Shown: piece by piece, positions 26,309 through 37,765 of the stretch | Numbering within the stretch: the first letter of the stretch is position 1 | Layout of the letters: the number at the start of each line of letters is the position of its first letter | From: Diploschistes diacapsis | Taxonomy: Eukaryota | Direction: 5' to 3' | Assembly: GCA_023645945.1 (NCBI GenBank) | Contig: JALAIB010000015.1 | Location: 1 to 49,733 of the forward strand | DNA length: 49,733 nt | Notes under the pieces: model-generated | What the model was told of the DNA's origin: nothing | What the model saw: the letters and a program-made list of their open reading frames with translations, nothing else | Databases searched by the model: none | Position numbers and translations under genes: made by a program

Positions 26309-26470
26309 TTTTTTTTTTTTATTTGTTAACTTATTTAGACCAGATTAACGGTTAATCCACTGATCGGATATTAACTATTATATAAGTTCGATAATTAGTC
26401 GGTCCGACTAATCGCCGGTTTAATCCTGATTTAAGCGAAACGCTCTCATTAATTAATCGTCCGAACATGG
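26309..26470. repeat. AT-rich patch with short perfect palindromes next to a poly(T) tract; possible relic of a transposon end
   Basis: gattaac-g-gttaatc, attagtcgg-t-ccgactaat and attaattaat, plus a T run at 26309-26320. Confidence 0.45.
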
Positions 26471-27081
26471 CCTACATGTGCAAATAATGATCCCTTTCGG
26501 AATAAATGAGTATGACGCATATTTCGCCTAATGCTCCAATTTCTACTTCAGTTATCGTTGCGGAGTTACTAGTACCCCGCATATACCCACCTGTTCCTTT
26601 TGGAGGGGAAAAATTATAATAATGGCCAATTACCGCACCGCACCACCTTGTAGGAGAACGTCGAACATGTGATCTCGTTCCAAGTAGGCGGTGAGTGCAA
26701 CCATTACCATGCCGGAATATTTTGAGATGAATAGACGGATAAAAGAATAAAAGAATAAAAGAATACCCAAAAGGCTGCACGTTACGTGGGGGGATGCATA
26801 GACGAGGCTTGGGCTTCCTATTAAGTACCCCCAGACCATCGCAGCGTCGCTTCTCTATGCCCTTCCAGCCTATTCTCGGGCTGGCATGCGCTTCGTTTGG
26901 CTGCTGGTGCTCAAAGAGCCCCAAAAAGCAGCTTCCATGGCCTCCACATCCCCCATTCTTCGAGCGCGCCTTCCCCCAATGGCTTCCAGACAAAATCGCC
27001 CCCTTTTAACCATACTTTCGAAAATATCACACATAATGATACATCTGAATCCCTATCAAGAGAATAAGTAGCCCGCCAACC

Positions 27082-29871
27082 TCATTCAACCTCGTCCCCA
27101 TAGTCGGTACCATAGTCCGAACCATTCGCCTGCTCATCCCCGAGCGCAGCAGCACTGGGCGATCCCCGCTCGCTGCCGCCATCGCCTTCGTCGTCCGACC
27201 ACTCGTTCACATCCGCATCGTCCTCATCCTCGTCCTCGTCCTCGTCGTACTTCGATTTCCCTTCCTTGGCGAGGTCGTCCAGCTCGCGGCGCTCTTCCGC
27301 GTACTGATCCATCCCCTTCTCCTTCTCTCCTTTCTTCTTCTCTATCTCCGTGCCTTTCGGCTCCTGCTTCTTTCCAGATGGGCCGGGCGAGGCCGAAGCC
27401 TGTGTCCTAGCTCTGGGCTCTGGCGTCTTCTGCGCTGCAGATGCAGTCTTCGCCGCACTTTTCTTCGGCTCCGGTGTCTTCTTTGCTGCCTGCCCCTTCT
27501 TTCGCCCCTTTGTGACACCGCCCGGCCCGGGCGCCAGTACATCGAACGGCGTCTGACTCCTCGACGACGCCACGGATCCTGTTCTTGATCTTTGTCCATC
27601 CGAATCTCTACCAGAGGGACTCCTGCTCGAGCTGTCCTTCGAGAATAGATACTTGATCGCATCATAATTGATCTTCTTGCTATAGCTCCTCTTCTCCATC
27701 ATTAGGGTCGCCGCCTCCGCCGGTGAATTTGGTGCCCTGACAGTCCCGTCGGCCTCCGTGACCTGGTACTGGCTCATGTCCCCCATTCTAGCCCTGCGCC
27801 GGACACGTTTCTGCGGTTGGTGCGCGGTGCCGTTACGCTCAGCGAGCTCGTTTTTGATTTGCTGGGCCTGGACCTTGAGGAGCCAGTCACCGTTTTCGCT
27901 AACCCAGATTTGTTCCTTGAGGGCTTGCTCGGCGGGGGAGAGGAGGCAGTCGCGCACTTCGGGATCGGATTCGAACTCGGTATCTGCGATGATTATGCCA
28001 GTGGGGATGAGAGAGGCACGGCTTTCGATGGTGGGCATTTCTTCCATGTCAATTGGTTCTGTGGCTGTTTCTTGAGTAGGAGCTGGAGTTGGTTGCTGTC
28101 CGATCAGAGCGGTGTCTAGAGCTAGAGGTGGGGTGTGTTGCTGCTCTACTAAAGAATCATCTCGTGTCGATGCTGGGGTCGATTGCTGCTCTGCTATAGA
28201 TTCATCTCGTGTCGGTGCTTGGGTCGGTTGCTGTTCCGCTAGAGAGCGATGGGTCTCGGTTGCGTTTGTGATGACTTCTGGGTCGTTGAGTACTGCATTC
28301 ATCTCGGCTTCTATTTGCTCTTCGTCTCGAATCGCTTTGTCGGTCTTCTCAGGCAAGGGTTTGTTCTTGGCCCCCGGGGGCCGACCAGTCTTTCTTTTCT
28401 TGGCCGGCGAAGGTACATCCGAGTGTGCGTCAATAGCCGTCGAGGCTGACGGGCCGCTGTCCTGCGTTGCTTGAGACAGATCGTTCAGCAATTGTGGATC
28501 GATTGGGATGCTAGGCGGTGGCATTGCTCGTCTATCGGCTTCTTCTTGGGCCGAAAGCTGCGGAGTTTGAAGATTTTCTGGCTGCGGAGACGCTCTAGGT
28601 GAGACACTTGGCTCTGGGGATGGAGGAGCCGAGGATGTAATAGACACAGCTTCTGCAGCATTGTTTTCTTCTTCGTCCTGTCGCTTTCTCTTCGACCGCT
28701 TCTTTTTCGGCATGAACTGCCTATAGAACGAAGGAGGGTCGTGCTCCTTTTCCGTTTGCCACCCATGGTGACGGAACTCATCTACTGTGAATTTGCTGCT
28801 GTCTGTAAAAGTGAATTCGTCAAGTCGCTTGTTGATAGTAACGTCAGCTACTTTAGCCGTATACACCACCTCACGAACTGTACGACGATAATTGTTCATC
28901 CTGGCTGCCAATATCAAAGCGGCTCCACAAACGCCAGCCGGTCGACGACCAACGTAAATCCAGTCCCGTTTCATTCGCTGAAGGATTAAAATCGCCTCTT
29001 TGACGATGCGATGCTCGTCACGACCGAACTCGAGGTCACGTGCGAATCTCTGTATCAGATGCTCTGGGTCGACCTCGTACAGAGGCCCGGTTTTCTTGAG
29101 TTGGAGCTTCGACACGATAGTTCTATAAGTCTGGCCAAGCTTGAAAACATTGAGCTGCTACGAATTAACATCGGCTTACCCACTGATCAGGCTGGAACTT
29201 ACCTCGAGCGCCTCCGAAATATCGATCAGCATGATCTGGCATTCTTTTTCGCGACGACATCCGACTAACAAACATGCCGCAGCGACTTCTCTAATGGTCC
29301 TGCCTTGGACCATGTTCCCAGCCATTGCAAGCTTGTAGACTTGCATCCCTCGATCCTTGTCGATCTGGGCCAGATGAAGTCGAGTCATGAGCTGGTTCAT
29401 TTGGCTTGAAGCTAAGATTTGTCAGCATATAAAGTAATCGCACTGGAAATAGCACATACCGGTCCTCTCGCTGATCTGTCTGCTGGTCATGCCATTTCCG
29501 TATCTCGAGCCCATACCAGAAATCCTAGGACCCTCTTCGCCGGTACCCACGTAGGCACCCTGCACGACAGCAGCTCCGTTCGCCGCTTCGCCGAACGTCA
29601 ATTCCTGGGTAATCTGGATTTCTTGGAGGATGAAGCCACAACTCTGGCATACCAGCTGTCCATTGTCCTCCTGGACATTGCTATTATTACAATCGCGGTT
29701 CTCACACTGTGGCCTTGGAGGCCGTGCGGGCGTTTGTTGCCTTTGAATCTCTGCGATGCGTTTCGCTGGAGGTCCGACAGATGCACGTGATCTGATGCTG
29801 TCCTTGGGTTCTCTCGACACGCTCCTCGCAGAGGGGGTTGTACCCCTAGATCTAAGAAAGGGGTTCTTCAT
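27082..29871 (-). CDS. BRF1: RNA polymerase III transcription factor TFIIIB subunit Brf1
   Basis: Zn ribbon CENRDC...VCQSCG, cyclin folds (QGRTIREVAAACL, RMKRDWIYVGRRPAGVCGAALILAARMNNYRRT, TINKRLDEF) and the C-terminal Brf1 block (KEQIWVSENGDWL...SKKINYD). Two introns. Confidence 0.95.
28066..28246 (-). repeat. Coding 45-bp (15-aa) tandem repeat x4 within BRF1
   Basis: LAEQQPTQAPTRDES / IAEQQSTPASTRDDS / LVEQQHTPPLALDTA / LIGQQPTPAPTQETA. Confidence 0.85.
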
Positions 29872-30546
29872 GCCTATTCAGCTTCCCCAAAGGATCAGTA
29901 GACAGCTTGTCTTGCGAGATGATGAAGATTGACAGGCGGGTTTTATGCTCAAGTAGAACACTTGTATCGCATAGCCGTAGCTTCGATGATCGACAACAGA
30001 CTACCCCGAGACCAAATGTCAATCACAGGAAGAAGGTATTACCAGATTAAGTAATTTCAGACACAGAAATAGGGAGAGAGGTAGAGAGTATGGCGATATG
30101 GAGCTTGCTAATCTAGAGACCGGTTGGAGGATGGAAGTGGGATGTATGGCCGAAAGGGAATTGAGTCAACCTTCAAGTTTTTGACAAACTCGCGTAAATG
30201 CTATTATGGGTGGGGGGGGGCCGGGTCAAAGTTCGAAACCCGTTTGATGAAAAAAGGGCAATTTTATTTTAACCAGATTCAATCTGCGCCGCCAACTTTG
30301 ATTCATTAACCTCTATCGGCGCATTGTTATGACTAGAAACTTTACTCGACCCTCCATCCTCCTATTCTCAATCGTTGTGTTGATGCTGTTGAAAGTTATA
30401 GTCCAACTTACAGAACGCCATCCATGCGGGCGAGGAAAGTACACGGATTGCTTCAGCAGGTTTTGCAGACTACACAGAGATAGAGTATATGTAGCCTTAC
30501 TGTTCCGACCGCAGGCTTCCTATGCATTGATTATGACAGCTCGTGT

Positions 30547-31555
30547 TCATGATCCGATCTTCCACTTCTTCGCTAATTCGATTCCTTCTGCTATCGTGGC
30601 CACCCTAGCATCGATCGCATACCCTTCCGCCTCGAGCTTCCGACACTCCCCCCAAAGATCCTTCAGCGGCAGCATAAAGGTGGTGATGAACTCGCTTTCC
30701 TCCAGCTCCGTCTTCCGATTCTCAGGCTTGTTCTCCGGCAAGCTGGGATCGATATCGACGTGGACGAGGACGAGGTTGGTATTTGTGAAGCCGGGATCTC
30801 AATGGAACAGCTATCAGACCCTGCATCTCTCCACTTCATTACTGTTGTAGAACTCACCATTGAACAAAACCCCCTTTGCACCCTGCGCACCGCTCGGTTC
30901 GCCCGCGACCTTCACAGCCTTTCCTACGTAGCCCGTCTCCTCCCTCAGCTCCCTGACCGCACATTCTTCTCCGCTCTCGCCGGCATCCAGCAGTCCGGCG
31001 GGGATCTCGATACAAACCTTACCGACTGGCGGGCGGAACTGCTTCTGGAGCAGGATCTGAGGGCCTTTGAGGTCTTCGAAAACGGCGATCACGCCGACGG
31101 CGTCGATTAGGGAGTCTTTGTGGCGCGTCTGAAGATTGATAAGCCAAGCGCATGACTTAGAACATTCGTTGTCCCATGGCGGTAGATCCAAAACTCCATA
31201 GTCAAGATACATAAGATAGCGTTGGATAATCACGTAGTATACAACGTGCGCCAAGGAGCAGCATGAAGGTCATGGCAGAGTCGACATACCGTCCTCTCAG
31301 CACTCTCCCAGTCCCTCTCTTTCCCTAAAGCGTCCTTGTAGTTTATCCTTGTAACAACTGTCTGTTAAGACAGTCCAATAAAACAGGGGCTACAGGCACA
31401 CTTTACGAGCTTCGTCCAGCGCGCCTCGTCGCTTTTCTACTTGGTATCAGTCGTCATTGCTTTCGTCCATTCGGCTCGCGCCAACTTACTAGGGGCTCTG
31501 TGGAAAGGACTCTGGCGTCCTCGGGCTTTGCTGTCGCTTTCGCATCCGATGCCAT
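30547..31555 (-). CDS. YSA1: Nudix ADP-ribose pyrophosphatase (Ysa1/NUDT5-like)
   Basis: QFRPPVGKVCIEIPAG followed by a canonical Nudix box GLLDAGESGEECAVRELREETGY, then DPGFTNTN and AIDARV. ATG at 31555; four introns. Confidence 0.88.
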
Positions 31556-31936
31556 TGTGATAAATCTTGTGACTGCAGGATAATATGCACCGTAAGGCTA
31601 ACTCGGTTGATTGAAAATCTCAGGATCAATAACGTACGGTATAGTGTCGAAAAAGGGTTGCTCGCTTAGATTTGATCAGTACGGATCAAGTTCTCCGCGC
31701 AATAAGTCTGAGCGTAACAATGCATCAAAGTTGATTTTGATCTATCCTTTATAGGAACTAATGAAATACAATGCTACAGGACGAGTGCAAAGTTGTAACA
31801 CAGAATTTCAAGATAGTATTAGGGTCGACCATTTGGTAACACTCGTAGGAGTCCATTGAGCGTCTTCTCACGTAATCATAATCAGGGTGTCTATATACAA
31901 GCTCATAATGATGCTGCTCATGTAGCCAAGCTTCGC

Positions 31937-33436
31937 TCAACTCCTTAGCTCACTTCCAATGAATGGGAAAATAACAATGCAAGCCTTCCAAAAGATGCCG
32001 AGACTCTGTATCAGAGTTACTGGAAGCATCCACAAGGGTGACTTCTGGATGCAGATCCAGATGGCTAGGAGAGCGACGGCGAAAAAGTGATAGAAGAGGA
32101 CGAATGGTTGGCGAATGATCCCGGCGAGAAGTCCACTCGGGCCATCGATGCAGTTGCCGCCACGTTGAAAATACCGGAAGCAGCCGAGCTGAAGGGCTTG
32201 GAGCTGATGATCTACCGTTTGTTAGCACCATTTCAGATCTCATCTGGAACATAGCTTACCATCTGCTGCAAATAGAGAGTATAGCGCCTGAGCTAAGATG
32301 TTGATGACGGATGTCAGATTCTTCCTCTTCCAGTGAAAACTCCGCATCTGCCGTAATATCCGCTTCGTATCGGCAAGGTCGGGTACAGCTTCTGGGCTCA
32401 ACAGGTCTCGTAGGAGTAGAACGTCGTTCAAGGCCACGGTCATCCCTCCCCCTGTCAACGGATGTCGCATGTTCATGGCATCTCCAAGCAATATGATCCC
32501 AGGAGTGCGGTTGACCGTGGGCGGCAGCCATGAGTTGGGCATACTCCGTAATTTACGCTTGTCAAGCGCGGCGGTAAAGGACGGCTGCACAGATGGCGGG
32601 AGAGTTGGCAAAACGACTTTCCTAAGATGCCCCTCAACGCCACCATTGGCAACACTGGCACTCGGCAGTCCATTCGGAATGTCAACAAGAACCCTTGTTT
32701 CTCTAGTACCAATCTGGTACAGTAGGACTGGTGCGTTCTCGCTCAAGACCACACAGCCATGCTGGCTTTGGGGCAGTTGCGCGTCTATCAATTCCATTCC
32801 CCAGAACTTGCTTTTGACGGTCGGCGCTTGCTGAATGAATTCCTTTCTGAATTTACTCATGCAACCATCGGCCATGATAGTGAGCGAACCGAAGTAGTAG
32901 TCTGGCACGTCGCTTGTCAAGCATTCGACACCCAAAACTTGTTGCGTCCATTGGTTCCGCACTAGGCCTGTGGCCTTCGTCTCCACCACCGTGATATTAG
33001 GCTCTCGAAGGGCTGCCTCCCTGAGTCGTTGAATGAATCGGCCATGATGGAAGCTCATCCCTTGAGGTTTTTTGCCCGTCTTCACCGAGTTTGGGGGATA
33101 TGGTATGTGCACAGCTTTGCCATAGTATATGACCTGATAGCCCTTTTCAATAATAGCATCAATGTTGTCAAGACATTCTCTTAGTCCAAGGTCTTCAAGC
33201 GCTTGGACACCTCCTGGTTGAAGGAGTTCGCCAACTATGCGATCGGGTTGCTTGAGTGATTGTTCCAATAACAGTACTGAGCGGCCTTGCCGAGCGAATG
33301 TGACAGCGATTGCCGAGCCCAGGACTCCTGCGCCAACAACTACGACATCAGCAGTGTGGTGCTTGGTGCGTCGTGCAGTGGCGGCATCAGAAGGTGACAG
33401 AAGCGATGAGCATTGTGCTGAAGTTGAAGATGTCAT
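31937..33436 (-). CDS. ERG1: Squalene epoxidase (squalene monooxygenase)
   Basis: FAD motif VVVVGAGVLG, PDRIVGELLQPGG, SFHHGRFI, LGDAMNMRHPLTGGGMTVA and INILAQALYSLF. One intron precedes the C-terminal membrane exon (GCFRYFQRGG...HFFAVAL...FPFIGSELRS*). Confidence 0.96.
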
Positions 33437-33714
33437 CGGCAGCAGTAGCACGTGGATTTTGGAGGTGAAAGTTGTAGACAAAAAGGTGGAAATCTGCTGT
33501 CAAGGGCTACTTTTTAACATGATAATGGCCCTGATTATGTACAGTACATACAAAGTAGGTACAAACATAGGGTTGGGTTGTAGGGGAGAAACAAATTTCA
33601 AGCTTCCGCGATCCGCCATCTACTGACCAGGATCTTGGGATCGATTAAAAAGGGTTGAGTCTAACTGTAGTAGGTTTAGCTCCTGGATTAACCTACTCCG
33701 TCTACTACCCGATG

Positions 33715-33872
33715 CGGACTAGGTCCGTAAACAACATTGAACGTCATCTTCAGATGCTTCAGATCAAGTACAACATAGGCCTGAGCTACTCGAAGCTCTC
33801 CCAGAACTTTCAGAATTATTCTATAATTAATCTGAAGCATCTCTCGAGCTCTTCTGGGCCTAATGTGGCAGA
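33715..33872 (-). repeat. Dispersed dyad-symmetric intergenic element, copy B
   Basis: Reverse complement matches copy A. It contains a perfect 13-bp inverted pair, agatgcttcagat (33752) and atctgaagcatct (ending 33842). Confidence 0.8.
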
Positions 33873-34033
33873 AAAGGTATCCTATCGGACACGCAGTACA
33901 GAGTACATGTAATGTAGAAAAATCCTTCTCCAATAAGTACAGCGTTTAAACAGCCTCAGGTATCCTATAAGTACATCCCACAATCAACCTCAACGGCTCA
34001 ACAAAGTGAACCGGCTCTCCTTACGCTGAAGAA

Positions 34034-35023
34034 CTAAACCTTCCCTTCTTTCTTCAATCCCTGATAGAGTGCCCATGCAGCCAAAGTTTTTGCATCTCGT
34101 CCCGCGACCTTCCAGATATCCTCTAGTCTTGCTAGCATCAACGTGATCTTTTCTCCATGGCTGCGCAACCCGGTTAATTTGCCTTGCCATTCCTTAAGCT
34201 GATCCTTAGGTATCCTCTTCTGCCAGAGGAAGATGGGTATATACTCGTCGCAACCCCCACATGAAGGATAAACAGCTGCCTGCAATTTTTCGTCACTGTC
34301 AGGCGGAGCAGGAAGAGCAAGTTTGGTCATATCAAGGAGCTCATTGGTGGGTATTTCTAAGCCAGTTTCTTCGCTTATTTCCTTCGCTGCAGCACCAGCG
34401 AACGTGCCGTTGTCGTCAATCATCCCAGCAGGTATCTCAGTGAAGGCAAGCGAGCCTGCTGGAACACGTGCTTGCAAAGTCAAAATAACATACTTGTCAG
34501 TCTCGGAGTCTTTGGGTGCATCTTCTGGCTGCAGAATAAGCTGTGGATAACTATGTCAGCTAGGGTCGAGCGTTCTGGTTCACAACTTGGATAATGCGTG
34601 CTGGGGATGCTGGAGACAGACCATCATGGCAACAGATCCACCACGAAGGAACACAGACCCGGGCAGCTTCTCATTCGATGCGTTAGTAACCTCGGCTTGA
34701 AACTTGAGAAAACCAAGACGCCCGCCTCCAAAGCGGTCGATACATTGAATATGAATGCTCCTAAGCACGTAAGGATCTTCAAAAAATGTATGCGATTCTT
34801 TGTTCTGTAACGACAGGGAGTGCTTCAGGTTAGCAAGCCAGGTCTTGAATGCCGGAAAGCCAAGAAGTTCCTCAGACGATATCTCATTGCCTTGTGCCAC
34901 ATTTATGGAAACCTCAGGCTTCATATCAGGCAGCGTAAATTTTGACATAGTTGCAATAGTCCTTCGGATATCTTGAGCAGGTGACGCGAGATATCGAGCA
35001 GCCAATCGAAGTTTCGGTAGCAT
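34034..35023 (-). CDS. Nudix hydrolase, ADP-sugar diphosphatase type (plant NUDX14-like)
   Basis: DRFGGGRLGFLK, LPGSVFLRGGSVAMM, QARVPAGSLAFTEIPAGMIDD...AAAKEISEETGL, YPSCGGCDE and GEKITL. One intron. Confidence 0.88.
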
Positions 35024-35433
35024 AGAAGAAAAAGGCGAATGGCAGTTATAGAATATATAAGTCTTGGACAGTATAGCAGTTTTCAAATCTAAACGAGCAC
35101 CTTTAAGTGTAAAAGGGTACGAAGTAGAAGGTGTCTGCGACTAATTCATTCAACTCTTTGCCGCTCGGTGTGGCAATTCCATTCCCCTTTCGAGTAGAAT
35201 TTCTTCTACACTCGACTCCTTGACTACTCAACAGCACGTGACTCAAGATTACAAGATTAATAAGTGCTACTTTGTAGTGCTTAAAAGTCAATGAGCACCT
35301 ATTGAAAGAGCCTTTCCTTTTGTTTGATGACCGTCACTCACTTAACGTGAAGGCAGTGCTCGATGCCACGGCAACAAGCCACCTCGGCCTTGGAGTCTGA
35401 ACATAAACCGTAGAACCCTATCAAGTTTTGACC

Positions 35434-37344
35434 ATGTCGACTCTAACAGCGAATACGCCTTTCCGGCCTGAGAACTGCTGCCACAAATTACCTTCGTCAT
35501 GTCAACTAACAGCACGGCCGATCTGCTGTGCATGCCAGGATCAGCGTCCACATGCTCCATCCTACAGGAAATACATAGATGGCGTCGGCTTTGTGATGTT
35601 AGGTAACCGACAGGATAACTACTGTTGGCCCTGCAAAGTGTTTTGGGACGAGCGTGTCAGTTACTCTGGTATCCGTCAGGAAGATAGCAGGATCCCAAAT
35701 CTTCCTGGAATAGCTTTATTTTTAAACACATGGCATGACTGGCACCGGGGCTATCGCGAGGTTCGCCAGGAAGATGGTTCGTTGCAGAGGCAAGAGCTGA
35801 GAGGGCAATCGCTTCGAACAGTTGAGATTGGCCAGCTGCCCAGGCCGTTACCAGGCACCCCCCTTTACGATAGAAGGGCAATCCAATGGGTACTGAGCAA
35901 CGAGCCTGACATTGAGGTTGCAATAACGCCAACCGATGGTGAGGAAGTCTACATCCCCGAAGAAGATCGGCTATTCGACTCAGAATCAGAAGGGGCAGCC
36001 ACGCCTGCACAAGGAGGGGAGGCTGTTGGCGCGCTCGAGACCATCGCCGACCCGTCAGAGAATTCTAGAGAGGCAGATGCTTCAGCCTTGTCTACCGATC
36101 AAACACGAGAACTTGGAGACATCTTAGAGCGGCTGCGTGGTATTATGCGAGGCGTGGACAGGGTAACTGGCCGTTTGGAGCCTTTCGTACAGGAACTTTC
36201 GAACCAGGGCGATGAGTCTACTGGACTTCTACGGCTTCAGGAGCGACTAAGTGATGTGAAGACTCTGCTTCGAGGTCAAGCTAACTGGCTCACGACAACT
36301 GTCCTGCAACGCGAGGCTGCAGCTACTGAGCCCCTGCGCCCAGAATTGCCACGGCCGATCTCCGCCGCTGCCAACGAAGCCCAAAGGCAACGGAATATCA
36401 GAGTATTTGGCACAGTTGAGGATGTGCAGAATCCAGACTATGTCTCTCCACTTAATAACATGTTCAATCGCCATTGGGAGCGCTTCAGGCTCGCCGAAGA
36501 ACAAAGAAGGCAATCTCAAACCCAGGTTAGAGACGCCAGTAGTACGCAAGATGCCTCTCTTCCAGCGGATCAAAGTCCGCAAAATGGAGACCTACCTAGC
36601 ACGGACAGCATTTTGCAAAATATGCGAACTGCGATCAACTCTATGGGAACTTCAGGCCCTGGCGCTGGTGGGAACCAGACAGTCACGCAACTAGATTCGT
36701 TGCTCCCGCCGCCTGTCGCAGGCTTAATGGAGGATCAAATGTATATCAAATTGCAATGCACGGTCTGCCTCGAGCAGGTTGCCGACATAGCCCTCGTTCC
36801 CTGTGGTGAGTGCTAAGCCTCACGGACCCTTCTTTTAATCCTCACGACGTTGCAGGCCACCTCGTCATGTGCCGCTGGTGCTCGGAACGGCATAGTCGTA
36901 TAGACAACTATACTCCCGAGCAAAGACGTCTGGCCAACACCTGCCCCTTCTGCCGCGGGACGATAAAGCAACGGGTACACTCCTCCCCAAGCCTCAAGCC
37001 CCAACCCCTATAGAACAACCACCCACTAACACAAGCGACCAGCTCCGCATCTACGGCTGGGACGGTCACCAGAAACAAGAAGCCTCCCTCTACAACCTAC
37101 CCGACCCAGCCGAAAAAGGCTCCCAGGGCCCCGAGGGGAGGAGGTCGGAAAGCTCCAACCCTCGGAGCGACGCAAATGTGAGCATTACAGAAGCCCTCTA
37201 GCGCAGAGCAGGAAGGCCAGTCCGGGTGCTGATTGAGTGCTTCAGAAACCGGTGCGGCTCGGCGAGACGGTCGAGATGATCATGGTGCTCGGCATCATCT
37301 GGTCGTTTCTGGTCGTGTTTCCGTTCCGGGCGGCGCGAGGGTGA
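35434..37344 (+). CDS. C3HC4 RING-finger protein (putative E3 ligase) with an N-terminal Cys-rich region and a predicted C-terminal transmembrane anchor
   Basis: Spliced RING CTVC...PCGHLVMCRWC...CPFCR. Introns at about 36806-36856, about 36974-37042 and 37178-37245. The last exon reads KPVRLGETVEMIMVLGIIWSFLVVFPFRAARG*. Confidence 0.82.
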
Positions 37345-37765
37345 GGCCGCCGCGTGACTGCTGCATGGCTGCCGCCAGCATTTACTTTGTACGGATGGTT
37401 TTGAGAATAGATGATACTATACAGCATTGATGGCGGACATGGAGGCGAACGGGGAATGCCGTTGCCACGTACAGTTACCGCCGTTTGGCTGCAGCGCCGG
37501 GCAATTGCACGGAAGAACTCTAGAATGTAAAATAAGTGTGGGGTGTAAAGAACAGAACTGCGAGAAATAAATGCAGACTGCGGATTGCAGGGTTGCTTTT
37601 TCACACGACCCGATTCGCGCGAAAAAAACAACTTGCATCCAAAAATCGAGCAAGTATATGTATGTATCTGAATCCATCCAAGAGCCTAAACTATTTGATA
37701 CCGAAGGCAAAACAATCTTCACGACCCCACTTCCAGAACACTGAAGAGTCTGGAAGCACCGTCAT

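Noticed and set aside
31129..31289. Long third intron of YSA1 as a snoRNA host
   Set aside because: No convincing C box plus CUGA D box pair or H/ACA hairpins are visible.
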